From an uncultured Planctomycetaceae bacterium (GTDB lineage Bacteria > Planctomycetota > Phycisphaerae > SM23-33), in the NCBI GenBank assembly GCA_964449175.1, contig CAYUYH010000002.1, positions 1 through 37,632 of the forward strand: a stretch of DNA of 37,632 nucleotides, read 5' to 3'. The position numbers and the translations under genes were made by a program. Below are positions 7,681 to 15,763 of this stretch, one piece after another. Positions within the stretch are counted from its first letter, which is position 1. Each line of letters begins with the position of its first letter. The notes beneath the pieces were generated by a model, which saw only the letters and a program-made list of their open reading frames with translations, had not been told where the DNA came from and did no database searches.

Positions 7681-8865
7681 ATGGCCGAGCGAATCTACAT
7701 GGACAACGCCGCGACGAGCTTTCCCAAGCCCCCGGCCGTGATCGAGGCGATGGTCGCCTTCGCGCGGGACTGCGGGGCGTCGGCGGGCAGGGGCGCCTAC
7801 GCCGAGGCCGTCGAATGCGAGCGGATAATCGCCACTTGCCGGCGGCGGATCGCCCAACTGATCAACGCCGAGTCGCCGGAGCGAATCGTCTTTGCGATGA
7901 ACTGCTCGGAGGCGCTGTCGATAGCGATTCGCGGCCTGCTGAACACCGCCCCGGCGGGTAGCGAGGCGGTGACCACCGAGATGGAGCACAACTCCATACT
8001 CAGGCCCTTCAATGCGTTGGCGGAGCAGACTCACCTGGCGCCGCATTTCGTGCCGTGCGATCGGGCCAGCGGTATGGTTGCCCCGGCCGACGTCCGCCGG
8101 GCCATCACGCCGCGGACCCGACTGATCGCCTGCCAGCACGCCTCCAACGTGACCGGCACGCTTCAGCCGGTGGCCGAGGTGACCGCCATCGCCCGCCGGG
8201 CTGGCGTGCCGTGCGTCATCGACGCCGCCCAGTCCGCCGGCCACGTGCCGATCGACGTCCGGGCCTGGGGGGCGGACTTCGTCGCCTTCCCCGGGCACAA
8301 GGGGCTGCTCGGCCCGCTGGGCACCGGCGTGCTCTACGTCCGGCCGGGCATGGAAGACCGCCTGCCCACGATGAAGGAGGGCGGCACGGGCACGATCAGC
8401 GAGCAGCCGGTCCAGCCGGCGTCCATGCCGGACAAGTACGAGATCGGCTCGCACAACGCGATAGGCCTGGCCGGGCTGTCGGAGGGCGTGGCCTGGCTGC
8501 TGGAGAGGCCGGCGGGCGAGATCCGCGACCACCAGCGGCGGCTGTGCGCCCTGTTCATGGAGCTGACGGACGCGGCCGAGGGCGTGACGGTCTATGGCCC
8601 GCGCAGCCTGGACAACCGCGTGGGCGTTTTCTCCGTAAGCGTCGGCGCCCTCCTCCCGGATGAGCTGGCCGCGACGCTGGAACGCGACTTCGGCGTGCTG
8701 ACCCGCCCGGGCGTGCACTGCGCGCCGCTGGCCCACAAGACCATCGGCACCTATCCCGCCGGCACCTGCCGGCTCAGCTTCGGGCAATTCACCACCGAAG
8801 ACCACGTCCGCCGCGCCGCCGCCGCCCTGGCCGCGGTCGCCGAGCGGGCGACCGTCGGCAAGTAG
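7681..8865 (+). CDS. Class V aminotransferase / cysteine desulfurase family protein (SufS/CsdA-like)
   Basis: Start MAERIYMDNAATSFPKP. PLP-lysine motif FPGHKGLLGPLGTGVLYV. C-terminal catalytic Cys motif RPGVHCAPLAH. I prefer the ATG at 7681 over the TTG at 7627; the ATG at 7699 is also possible. Confidence 0.85.
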   Translation: MAERIYMDNAATSFPKPPAVIEAMVAFARDCGASAGRGAYAEAVECERIIATCRRRIAQLINAESPERIVFAMNCSEALSIAIRGLLNTAPAGSEAVTTEMEHNSILRPFNALAEQTHLAPHFVPCDRASGMVAPADVRRAITPRTRLIACQHASNVTGTLQPVAEVTAIARRAGVPCVIDAAQSAGHVPIDVRAWGADFVAFPGHKGLLGPLGTGVLYVRPGMEDRLPTMKEGGTGTISEQPVQPASMPDKYEIGSHNAIGLAGLSEGVAWLLERPAGEIRDHQRRLCALFMELTDAAEGVTVYGPRSLDNRVGVFSVSVGALLPDELAATLERDFGVLTRPGVHCAPLAHKTIGTYPAGTCRLSFGQFTTEDHVRRAAAALAAVAERATVGK

Positions 8866-9029
8866 CGCCCGTCTGGGGGCGTGCCGTGAGGGCGCCGGGG
8901 ACCGCTCTGGACTCCGCGCGCGGCGTACGCTATTGCCTCCGGACGGCTGGGTATCGTGCCTATCATTGAGTGCGGGAGCGCCTTGGCCGCGAACCGGCGC
9001 GCCCGTCAGCGACCAAGGAGAGCGAGAGA

Positions 9030-10250
9030 ATGAGCGTGGAACTGGTGAAGGACATTCATTGGGTCGGCGTGGTCGACTGGGGACTGAGGCGGTTCCACGG
9101 CCACGAGCTATCGACCCATCGCGGGTCGTCCTACAACTCGTACCTGATCCTGGACTCCAAGACCGTGCTCGTCGACACGGTGTGGGATCCGTTCCAGGAG
9201 CAGTTCCTCGACAACATCCGCCGGCTGGTCGACCCGGCCAAGATAGACATCGTCGTGGTCAACCACGCCGAGCCGGACCACAGCGGCTCGCTTCCGGCGG
9301 TGATGCGACACTGCCCCAACGCTGCCGTCGTGGTCTCCCCGCGCGGGGCCGACAGTGTCCCCGGCCACTACCACGCCGACTGGAACCTCAAGCCGGTCAA
9401 GACCGGCGAGACGATTAACATCGGCAAGCGCGAGCTTGTGTTCATCGAGGCGCCGATGCTGCACTGGCCGGACACGATGTTCACCTACGTCGCCGGCGAC
9501 GGCATCCTCATGCCCAACGACGCATTCGGGCAGCACTACGCGGCCGGCTTCCGCTTCAACGACCAGGTCGACCGCCACGAGCTGTACGAGGAAGCCCTGA
9601 AGTACTACGCCAACATCATCGCGCCGTACAGCAGCCGCGTGAATCCGAAGATCGACGAGCTGCTCGCCCTGAACGTGCCGGTCAACATGATCGCCCCCAG
9701 CCACGGGATCATCTGGCGCGACGACCCGATGCAGATCGTCAACACCTATCGCGTCTGGGCCGATCAAGCCGGCGAGCGATCAGCCGTCGTGGTGTACGAC
9801 ACGATGTGGCAGGCGACGCGTCGGATGGCCGAGGCCGTCGGCGAGGGTCTGGCCGCCGAGGGCGTGCCGCACAAGCTGTTCCACCTGTCCACGACCGACC
9901 GCAACGACGTGATCGCCGAGATGTACAGGTCCAAGGGGCTCGTGATCGGCTCGCCCACGTTGAACAACGCCCTGCTGCCGCCGGTGCAGACGATCCTGCA
10001 CGACGTCAAGCACCTGCGGCTGGCCAACAAGGTCGGCGGGGCATTCGGCTCGTATGGCTGGAGCGGTGAGTGCGTCAAGCTCATCGAGCAGGCCATGGGC
10101 GACTGCAATATCCCGCTGGCCGGCGAGGGCGTGCTGGCGAAGTGGCGGCCGAAGGAGGCGGACCTGACGGCCTGCTTCGAGTTAGGCCGGGCGGTTGGCC
10201 GCGAGGTCGTCGCCCAGACACCCGACCCCGCCGAACAGCCCCTCGCCTGA
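9030..10250 (+). CDS. Flavodiiron protein (FprA / ROO-type, metallo-beta-lactamase-like diiron domain + flavodoxin domain)
   Basis: ATG at 9030 is preceded by AAGGAGAG. Diiron motif VVNHAEPDHSG. Also LHWPDTMFTY. The C-terminal flavodoxin-like block begins VVVYDTMWQATRRMAEAV. Confidence 0.88.
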   Translation: MSVELVKDIHWVGVVDWGLRRFHGHELSTHRGSSYNSYLILDSKTVLVDTVWDPFQEQFLDNIRRLVDPAKIDIVVVNHAEPDHSGSLPAVMRHCPNAAVVVSPRGADSVPGHYHADWNLKPVKTGETINIGKRELVFIEAPMLHWPDTMFTYVAGDGILMPNDAFGQHYAAGFRFNDQVDRHELYEEALKYYANIIAPYSSRVNPKIDELLALNVPVNMIAPSHGIIWRDDPMQIVNTYRVWADQAGERSAVVVYDTMWQATRRMAEAVGEGLAAEGVPHKLFHLSTTDRNDVIAEMYRSKGLVIGSPTLNNALLPPVQTILHDVKHLRLANKVGGAFGSYGWSGECVKLIEQAMGDCNIPLAGEGVLAKWRPKEADLTACFELGRAVGREVVAQTPDPAEQPLA

Positions 10251-10286
10251 CGCGAAAACGACAGCCGCACCGAACAAGGTGAGGTC

Positions 10287-11021
10287 ATGAAGAAGATCGG
10301 CGTCCGCAAGATAATCCGGATCGACGAGGACAAGTGCGACGGCTGCGGACAGTGCGTGCCGGTCTGCGTCGAGGGCGCCATCCGCATCGTGGACGGCAAG
10401 GCCCGCCTGGCGGAGAACCTCTGCGACGCGCTGGGCAACTGCCTGGGCGCCTGTCCGCGGGACGCCATCACCATCGAGGAAAGGCCGGCCGAGGAGTTCG
10501 ACGCCCGCGCCGTCAAAGCCGCCGCCGAGCGCCGGGCGCGGCAATCGCCGCCGGCTGAAGGCGGCTGTCCCGGCTCGCAGGTCCGCGTGCTGCGGGCAGG
10601 CGCCAAAGCCCCAGCCGCCAAGACCGGCGACCAGTCGGCCGAGACCGGCCCGTCGCAACTGCGGCACTGGCCTGTGCAAGTCACGCTGCTGCCGGAGGCC
10701 GGCGACATCTGGGCCGGGGCGGACGTGCTGATGCTGGCCGATTGCGTGCCCGTCGCCATGCCGGACTTCCAGGGCCGCCTGCTGGCCGGCAAGACCGTCG
10801 CCGTCGCCTGCCCCAAGTTGGACGACCCCAACGCATACGTTGCCAAGCTCGCGCGGATCTTCACCAGCAACGACATCCGGTCCGTCACCGTCGCCCACAT
10901 GGAGGTGCCGTGCTGTTTCGGGCTCAGCGAAATCATCCGCGCGGCGATGGAGCAGTCGGGGCGAACGGACATACCGGTCCACGAAGTCAACGTAGGCATC
11001 GACGGGCGCGTGAAGACGTAG
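10287..11021 (+). CDS. 2x[4Fe-4S] ferredoxin-domain protein with a Cys-containing C-terminal domain
   Basis: CDGCGQCVPVC and CDALGNCLGACP cluster motifs. The C-terminal part has VACPKLDD and HMEVPCCFGL. It sits between the flavodiiron and hcp genes. Confidence 0.8.
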   Translation: MKKIGVRKIIRIDEDKCDGCGQCVPVCVEGAIRIVDGKARLAENLCDALGNCLGACPRDAITIEERPAEEFDARAVKAAAERRARQSPPAEGGCPGSQVRVLRAGAKAPAAKTGDQSAETGPSQLRHWPVQVTLLPEAGDIWAGADVLMLADCVPVAMPDFQGRLLAGKTVAVACPKLDDPNAYVAKLARIFTSNDIRSVTVAHMEVPCCFGLSEIIRAAMEQSGRTDIPVHEVNVGIDGRVKT

Positions 11022-11051
11022 CCCCCTCGAATCAACGGCTAGGAGAGAGCG

Positions 11052-12698
11052 ATGAGCATGTTCTGCTACCAGTGCGAACAGACGGCCAAGGGCAGCGGGT
11101 GCACGGCGATGGGGGTGTGCGGCAAGGACCCCACGGTCGCGGCCTTGCAGGACGTGATAGTCCACGTCGCCAAGGGACTGGCCGGGTACATCCACCGCCT
11201 GCGGGCGCTCGGCGTGGTCGACCGCGAGGCGGACGTGTTCCTCATCGAGTCGCTGTTCGCCACGGTGACGAACGTGAACTTCGACCCAGACCGGCTGGAG
11301 GAGACGATCCGCCGGGGCGCGGCGTTGGCCCAGCGGCTGGGGCGGCGATACGTCAAGGAATGCAGGAAGGCCGGCAAGAAACCTGAGGTGTCGCCTGGTT
11401 CGGAGTGCAAGCCCGCCGACACGCGCGCCGGCCTGCTCGCCCAGGGGAAGGCGCTGCGGATCGACAAGCGGCGCGAGACAATCGGCGAGGACGTGACCAG
11501 CCTGCAAGAGCTGATACTCTATGGGCTTAAGGGCACAGCCGCCTACGCCGACCACGCGCAGATTCTCGGCGTGGCCGACGACGACGTGTTTGCCACGTTC
11601 GCCGAGATGCTGGACTACCTGGCCGGCAATCCCACGGATGTCGCCGAGCTGACGGGCAAGGCGCTGGCCGTCGGCGAGCTGAACCTCAAGGTCATGGGGC
11701 TATTGGACGCGGCCAACACCGGCGCCTACGGCCAACCCGCGCCCACAGCCGTCCGCGTCACGCCGGTAGCCGGCAAGGCCATCTGCGTCTCCGGCCACGA
11801 CCTTAAGGACCTGGCCGAGCTGCTCGCCCAGACCGCCGGGCGGGGCATCAACGTCTACACGCACGGCGAGATGCTGCCCGCCCACGGCTACCCGGAGCTG
11901 GCCAAGCACACCCACCTCGTCGGCAACTACGGCGGGGCGTGGCAGGACCAGGCCAAGGAGTTTGACGCATTCCCCGGCTCGATCCTGATGACCACCAACT
12001 GCATCCAGCGGCCTCGCGACAGCTACATCGGCCGCATCTTCACCTTAGGGCTCGTCGGCTGGCCGGGGGCGAGGCACATCGCGGACCGCGACTTCGGCCC
12101 GGTGATCGAGGCCGCCCTCGCCGCGCCCGGCTTCGCCGAAGACGCCCCCGCCAAGACCATCACGGTCGGCTTCGGCCACGATGCGGTGATGAACGTGGCG
12201 CCCGCGGTCGTCGAGGCCGTCAAGAGCGGGGCGATCAGGCACTTCTTCCTGATCGGCGGGTGCGACGGCGCAAAGCCGGGCAGGAACTACTATACCGACT
12301 TCGCCAGGGCAGTCCCCGACGACTGCGTGATCCTGACGCTGGCGTGCGGCAAGTATCGGTTCAACAAGCTGGACTTCGGCGACATCGGCGGCATACCGCG
12401 GCTGCTCGACATCGGCCAATGCAACGACGCGTACTCCGCCATCCAGATCGCCCTCGCACTGGCCAAGGCGTTCGACTGCGGCGTTAACGACCTGCCTCTG
12501 AGCATGATCCTGAGCTGGTACGAGCAGAAGGCAGTCTGCATATTGCTAACGCTGCTGCACCTCGGTATAAAGAACATGCGCCTCGGGCCGAGCCTGCCGG
12601 CATTTGTCTCGCCCGCGGCGCTGAAGGTGCTTACCGAGCAGTTCGGCGTTCGGGCGATCAGCAGCCCCGCCGAAGATATCCGGGCCATCCTGGCCTGA
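11052..12698 (+). CDS. hcp: Hybrid cluster protein / hydroxylamine reductase
   Basis: N-terminal MSMFCYQCEQTAKGSGCTAMGVCGK cysteine motif. Length 548 aa. Conserved GGCDG and CGKYRFN blocks. AGGAGAG Shine-Dalgarno upstream. Confidence 0.92.
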   Translation: MSMFCYQCEQTAKGSGCTAMGVCGKDPTVAALQDVIVHVAKGLAGYIHRLRALGVVDREADVFLIESLFATVTNVNFDPDRLEETIRRGAALAQRLGRRYVKECRKAGKKPEVSPGSECKPADTRAGLLAQGKALRIDKRRETIGEDVTSLQELILYGLKGTAAYADHAQILGVADDDVFATFAEMLDYLAGNPTDVAELTGKALAVGELNLKVMGLLDAANTGAYGQPAPTAVRVTPVAGKAICVSGHDLKDLAELLAQTAGRGINVYTHGEMLPAHGYPELAKHTHLVGNYGGAWQDQAKEFDAFPGSILMTTNCIQRPRDSYIGRIFTLGLVGWPGARHIADRDFGPVIEAALAAPGFAEDAPAKTITVGFGHDAVMNVAPAVVEAVKSGAIRHFFLIGGCDGAKPGRNYYTDFARAVPDDCVILTLACGKYRFNKLDFGDIGGIPRLLDIGQCNDAYSAIQIALALAKAFDCGVNDLPLSMILSWYEQKAVCILLTLLHLGIKNMRLGPSLPAFVSPAALKVLTEQFGVRAISSPAEDIRAILA

Positions 12699-13032
12699 GG
12701 CAGGCAGGGGCGCCGTGAAGACCGCGATCTGCCGACCACGTCGTTGGCGGCAGGCGTAGAGCCGCGACAACAGTAGGCCTCTCCGACAAGAGGCTGGCCC
12801 CGCCGCCGCTTGGAGGCTATGTGCAACTTGCTCTGGCGATGATCCACCTGCGGTGTGAGGTGGTGAAAGTCATAACTGCGGAGCGGGTATTCCATACCAC
12901 ACGGTAAGGCTGGAGGCCTGTAACGACCAGGCAATTCCGGAAGTGCGCGCAGAATCGTCCACCACTTCTTGGGGCGGGGTGGTGATGTGTGACGTTATAC
13001 AGTGAGTGTGCCAGATCACACAGGAGAATCAG

Positions 13033-13455
13033 ATGCCCCCAACTACCCGAAGCATCCCAGAACTGAAGGCCGAAATCCGCAGGAAGGAGCGGGCGCTCCA
13101 GGGCCTGCTGGCTCGGCGGAAGAAGGTCCTTGCCCAGCTGGCGAAGATCGACCGTGAGATCATGGCCATTGGCGGCACGAGTACCGGAACACCTGGCCCG
13201 GCGACGGCGGTCGTGACGGGCCGAACACGCGGCGCGAGGCGATCTCGAGCCACCGGCAAGCCTCTGGCAGAGTACATCTCATCGATCCTGTCCAAGTCTC
13301 GCCGTCCGGTGCGGGCGCGCGACGTCGCAGCGGCGGTGGTCAAGGCCGGCTATCCGACACACAGCAAGAACTTCTACGGCATCGTGGCTGCCGCCCTTAG
13401 AGACGAGTCGCGATTCAAGCGGACCGGGCGAGGGCTCTACAAACTCGCCAAGTGA
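13033..13455 (+). CDS. Hypothetical 140-aa protein: N-terminal coiled coil, basic linker, C-terminal winged-helix (HARE-HTH-like) domain
   Basis: ATG at 13033 with AGGAGA 6 nt upstream. Coiled-coil segment IPELKAEIRRKERALQGLLARRKKVLAQLAKIDREI. C-terminal LAEYISSILSKSRRPVRARDVAAAVVKAGY...RFKRTGRGLYKL resembles small wHTH modules. Confidence 0.6.
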   Translation: MPPTTRSIPELKAEIRRKERALQGLLARRKKVLAQLAKIDREIMAIGGTSTGTPGPATAVVTGRTRGARRSRATGKPLAEYISSILSKSRRPVRARDVAAAVVKAGYPTHSKNFYGIVAAALRDESRFKRTGRGLYKLAK

Positions 13456-13573
13456 CGGCCACGGAAGGAACCTGATCGCCGCCCCGCGCGGCGCGGCGAA
13501 CAAGTCGCTGGAGGCACGACCCTGGGTCTTGGACGCAACCCCCGGCACGGCTGCGCGCGTCGCCCTTGCGCGA

Positions 13574-13594
13574 GGCCGCCGCGGCGGTTTTTTT
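13574..13594 (+). terminator. Candidate intrinsic terminator (GC palindrome + T7 run)
   Basis: Palindrome CCGCCGCGGCGG (13576..13587) is followed by TTTTTTT (13588..13594). A T7 run is rare in this GC-rich window, but the stem is short. Confidence 0.45.
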
Positions 13595-13969
13595 GCCTGG
13601 GCGGCCAAATATCCCCTTGCCATGCCGCTGGCGGAGGGTATCCTCCTTCAGTCAACAAGTTATCGGGAGCAACCGCGAGAGAAAGAGGACGCAACAGCTC
13701 CTGTGTACGTGCGTGGCGGTGCCACGCCTTCGCAACTGACTCGCCATTTGAACGGATTTGCCGGGAAGGGATTCCGCAACTGGCAATGGCGACAGCGCCG
13801 AAGCGCCCCGTCGGCCCAGCGCTTCTGTGCCAAGCTCCGGCCATCTCCCCCCGGATAGGTGCGGCGTCGGCAGCCGCCGGCGCGGAGAAGCATGTGTGTG
13901 GCCAGTGTGTCTTGGGAGCACGCCTGAGCCCGGCTGGCAACTTGGCCGGTGAAGGCGGAAGGCTGGCAG

Positions 13970-15400
13970 ATGGAACACGTCGAACAGACCGCGCTGTCCA
14001 GGGTCGTACTGGTGGGGGCGGGCAGCTCGAGCAGTGGGGCGGTGGGGGGCATCGTCTCGCGATTCTTCCAGGACGTCGTCGCCTTCCAGGACACATCAGC
14101 CGCGGCAAACGTCGAGACGAGCGGGCGGGCGGACCTGATACTGATCACCGAGAGCGTCTCGCCTGAAGACGCACTCGCTTTCCTTGCCGCCGCTCGGCTG
14201 CAATGGCCGACGACGCCCGTGGTCCGCGTGGCCGACAAGCCTAGCGTCGAGCTGGCCGTGCGATTCACCCGCGCCGGGGCGTACGACTACCTCGCCGGGC
14301 CGCTCGATGAGCAGCGCATGCGCAGACTCGTGGAGGGCATGATCGAGGAGGCCACTCGCAGATCCCCCGGCCAGGAGCGGTTCTTCTGCGACGAGTGCCC
14401 GCCGACCGTGCCCATCGTCGGCACGAGCGGGGCGATGGTCGAGGTCCTGGAGGCGATCCGCCTGGTCTCCGAGAGCAGGTGCAACCCGGTGCTGGTGCTG
14501 GGCGCGACGGGCACGGGCAAGGAGCTGGCCGCCCGGGCGGTGCACGCGTGGCGCTGCGGGGACGACAGCAAGTACCTGGCCGTGAATTGTGCGGCCCTGA
14601 CGGCGAACCTGCTGGAGAGCGAGCTGTTCGGGCACGTGAGGGGCGCGTTCACCGGCGCCGACCGCGACAAGACCGGCCTGTTCGAGGCCGCCGGCGACGG
14701 CACGATCCTGCTGGACGAGATCAGCGAGATGCCCCCCGCGCTCCAGGCGAAGCTGCTCCGCGTGCTCCAGGAGCGGTCATTCAGAAAGGTCGGCGGCACC
14801 AAGGACATCCCATGCCGCGCCACCATCGCCGCGTCCAGCAATCGCGACCTGCTGGCCGAGTCCAAGACGGGGCGGTTCCGCAAGGACCTGTATTATCGCC
14901 TGGCGGTTTTCCCGATAACCATGCCCGCCCTGGCCGGCGAGGACCGCAGGGGCGACATCCCGCTGCTGGCGGAGTACTTCATACGGACGTCGGCTATTCC
15001 GTCGGCCGGCGGGATAGCAGCCGTGAACAAGGCAGCCCAAGAGCAGTTGATGCAGCACGACTGGCCGGGCAACGTCCGCGAGCTGAGGAACGTCATTGAG
15101 CGGGCCATCATCCTCGAGCAGACCGGCGAGATCACGCCGGGCAGCCTGGTCATCGACGGCGCGAATGAGCAGCGACCCCCGGCGGCTGCGGTGGCTGAGG
15201 CCGCCGGCGACTTCGCACTGGAGACGGCTGAGCGCGAGTTCATCATCCGCGCGCTGAAGGAGACAGGCTGGCAGCGGACCCGGGCGGCGGCGCTGCTTGG
15301 CATAACTAGGGCGACACTGCACGCCAAGCTGAAGCGTTACGGCATCACCCCGCCGGCCGGCCAATCCAGTCCATCGGCCAGGGGGGCTGGCGGCACGTAA
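13970..15400 (+). CDS. Sigma-54-dependent enhancer-binding protein with a degenerate (non-phosphorylatable) receiver-like N-domain; FleQ/FlrA-like candidate flagellar master activator
   Basis: AAA+ Walker A GATGTGKE. GAFTGA motif. Walker B ILLDEISE. C-terminal Fis-type HTH AAALLGITRATLHAKLKRYGI. The N-domain has LILITE where DLxxLD is expected, VLVGAGSS instead of an acidic pair, and LAGPL instead of LxKP. Confidence 0.88.
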   Translation: MEHVEQTALSRVVLVGAGSSSSGAVGGIVSRFFQDVVAFQDTSAAANVETSGRADLILITESVSPEDALAFLAAARLQWPTTPVVRVADKPSVELAVRFTRAGAYDYLAGPLDEQRMRRLVEGMIEEATRRSPGQERFFCDECPPTVPIVGTSGAMVEVLEAIRLVSESRCNPVLVLGATGTGKELAARAVHAWRCGDDSKYLAVNCAALTANLLESELFGHVRGAFTGADRDKTGLFEAAGDGTILLDEISEMPPALQAKLLRVLQERSFRKVGGTKDIPCRATIAASSNRDLLAESKTGRFRKDLYYRLAVFPITMPALAGEDRRGDIPLLAEYFIRTSAIPSAGGIAAVNKAAQEQLMQHDWPGNVRELRNVIERAIILEQTGEITPGSLVIDGANEQRPPAAAVAEAAGDFALETAEREFIIRALKETGWQRTRAAALLGITRATLHAKLKRYGITPPAGQSSPSARGAGGT

Positions 15401-15432
15401 GCTCACCCCAGCCCCTCTCGCTCGCGTAAGTG

Positions 15433-15486
15433 GGCCTGCGTTGCAGCGCCAATGAGTTTCGGCGCCCGACGCAGGCCGCTGTTTTT
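15433..15486 (+). terminator. Intrinsic terminator after the FleQ-like gene
   Basis: Outer stem GGCCTGCGT (15433..15441) pairs with ACGCAGGCC (15469..15477). Inner stem GCGCC pairs with GGCGC. The hairpin is followed by GCTGTTTTTG. Confidence 0.6.
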
Positions 15487-15629
15487 GCGCCCGCCCGTCA
15501 GAAAACCAGGCGCACCGCGCCAAAAACCTTGCGCCGCTGCGCGATCGGGGCCGGCTGGAACACCTCGCCCGGCGCCCCCAATGCCCCCTTTCCGCTCGTC
15601 CGCGGGCGCCGCTCGCGTGTTCGGGCCTG

Positions 15630-15645
15630 TGGCATGGTGATTGCA
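15630..15645 (+). promoter_or_regulatory. Sigma-54 (-24/-12) promoter
   Basis: TGGCATGGTGATTGCA against consensus TGGCACG-N4-TTGCW gives a single C-to-T deviation. GG is at 15631..15632 and GC at 15643..15644 with the correct spacing. It is intergenic, between a sigma-54 activator gene and the flagellar operon. Confidence 0.7.
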
Positions 15646-15763
15646 GGGCGTGTTTCCTGTCGGACTGCGCCGCGCCCGCGCTATGTTGCGCGCGGGCGGG
15701 GTCACGGCGCAGGAAGCTCGCTCGCGCAGGGTGCAATTCGCGGAAAGGACGGACGCGTCAGGC

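Noticed and set aside
7549-8805. N-terminal 419-aa extension of the track ORF 5260..8805(-).
   Set aside because: The extension is antisense to the well-supported aminotransferase gene and has a shadow-frame composition. An internal ATG at 7548 with a GGAGAG Shine-Dalgarno starts the recognisable protein.
8866-9029. Possible promoter or operator upstream of the flavodiiron gene (TTGCCT, TATCAT, and a GG...GC pair near 8950).
   Set aside because: The hexamer spacings (13 or 22 nt) do not fit sigma-70. The GG/GC spacing does not fit sigma-54. I could not identify a CRP/FNR- or NsrR-like palindrome, so this stays unresolved rather than called.
13529-14268. ORFs in and around the 13456..13969 spacer (13529..13858(+), 13437..14108(-), 13660..14268(-), 13786..14166(+)).
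   Set aside because: They overlap one another and have no motifs, no Shine-Dalgarno sequence and an Arg/Pro/Ala-rich composition. I treat the region as non-coding leader or promoter DNA of the FleQ-like gene, but a small gene or sRNA cannot be excluded.
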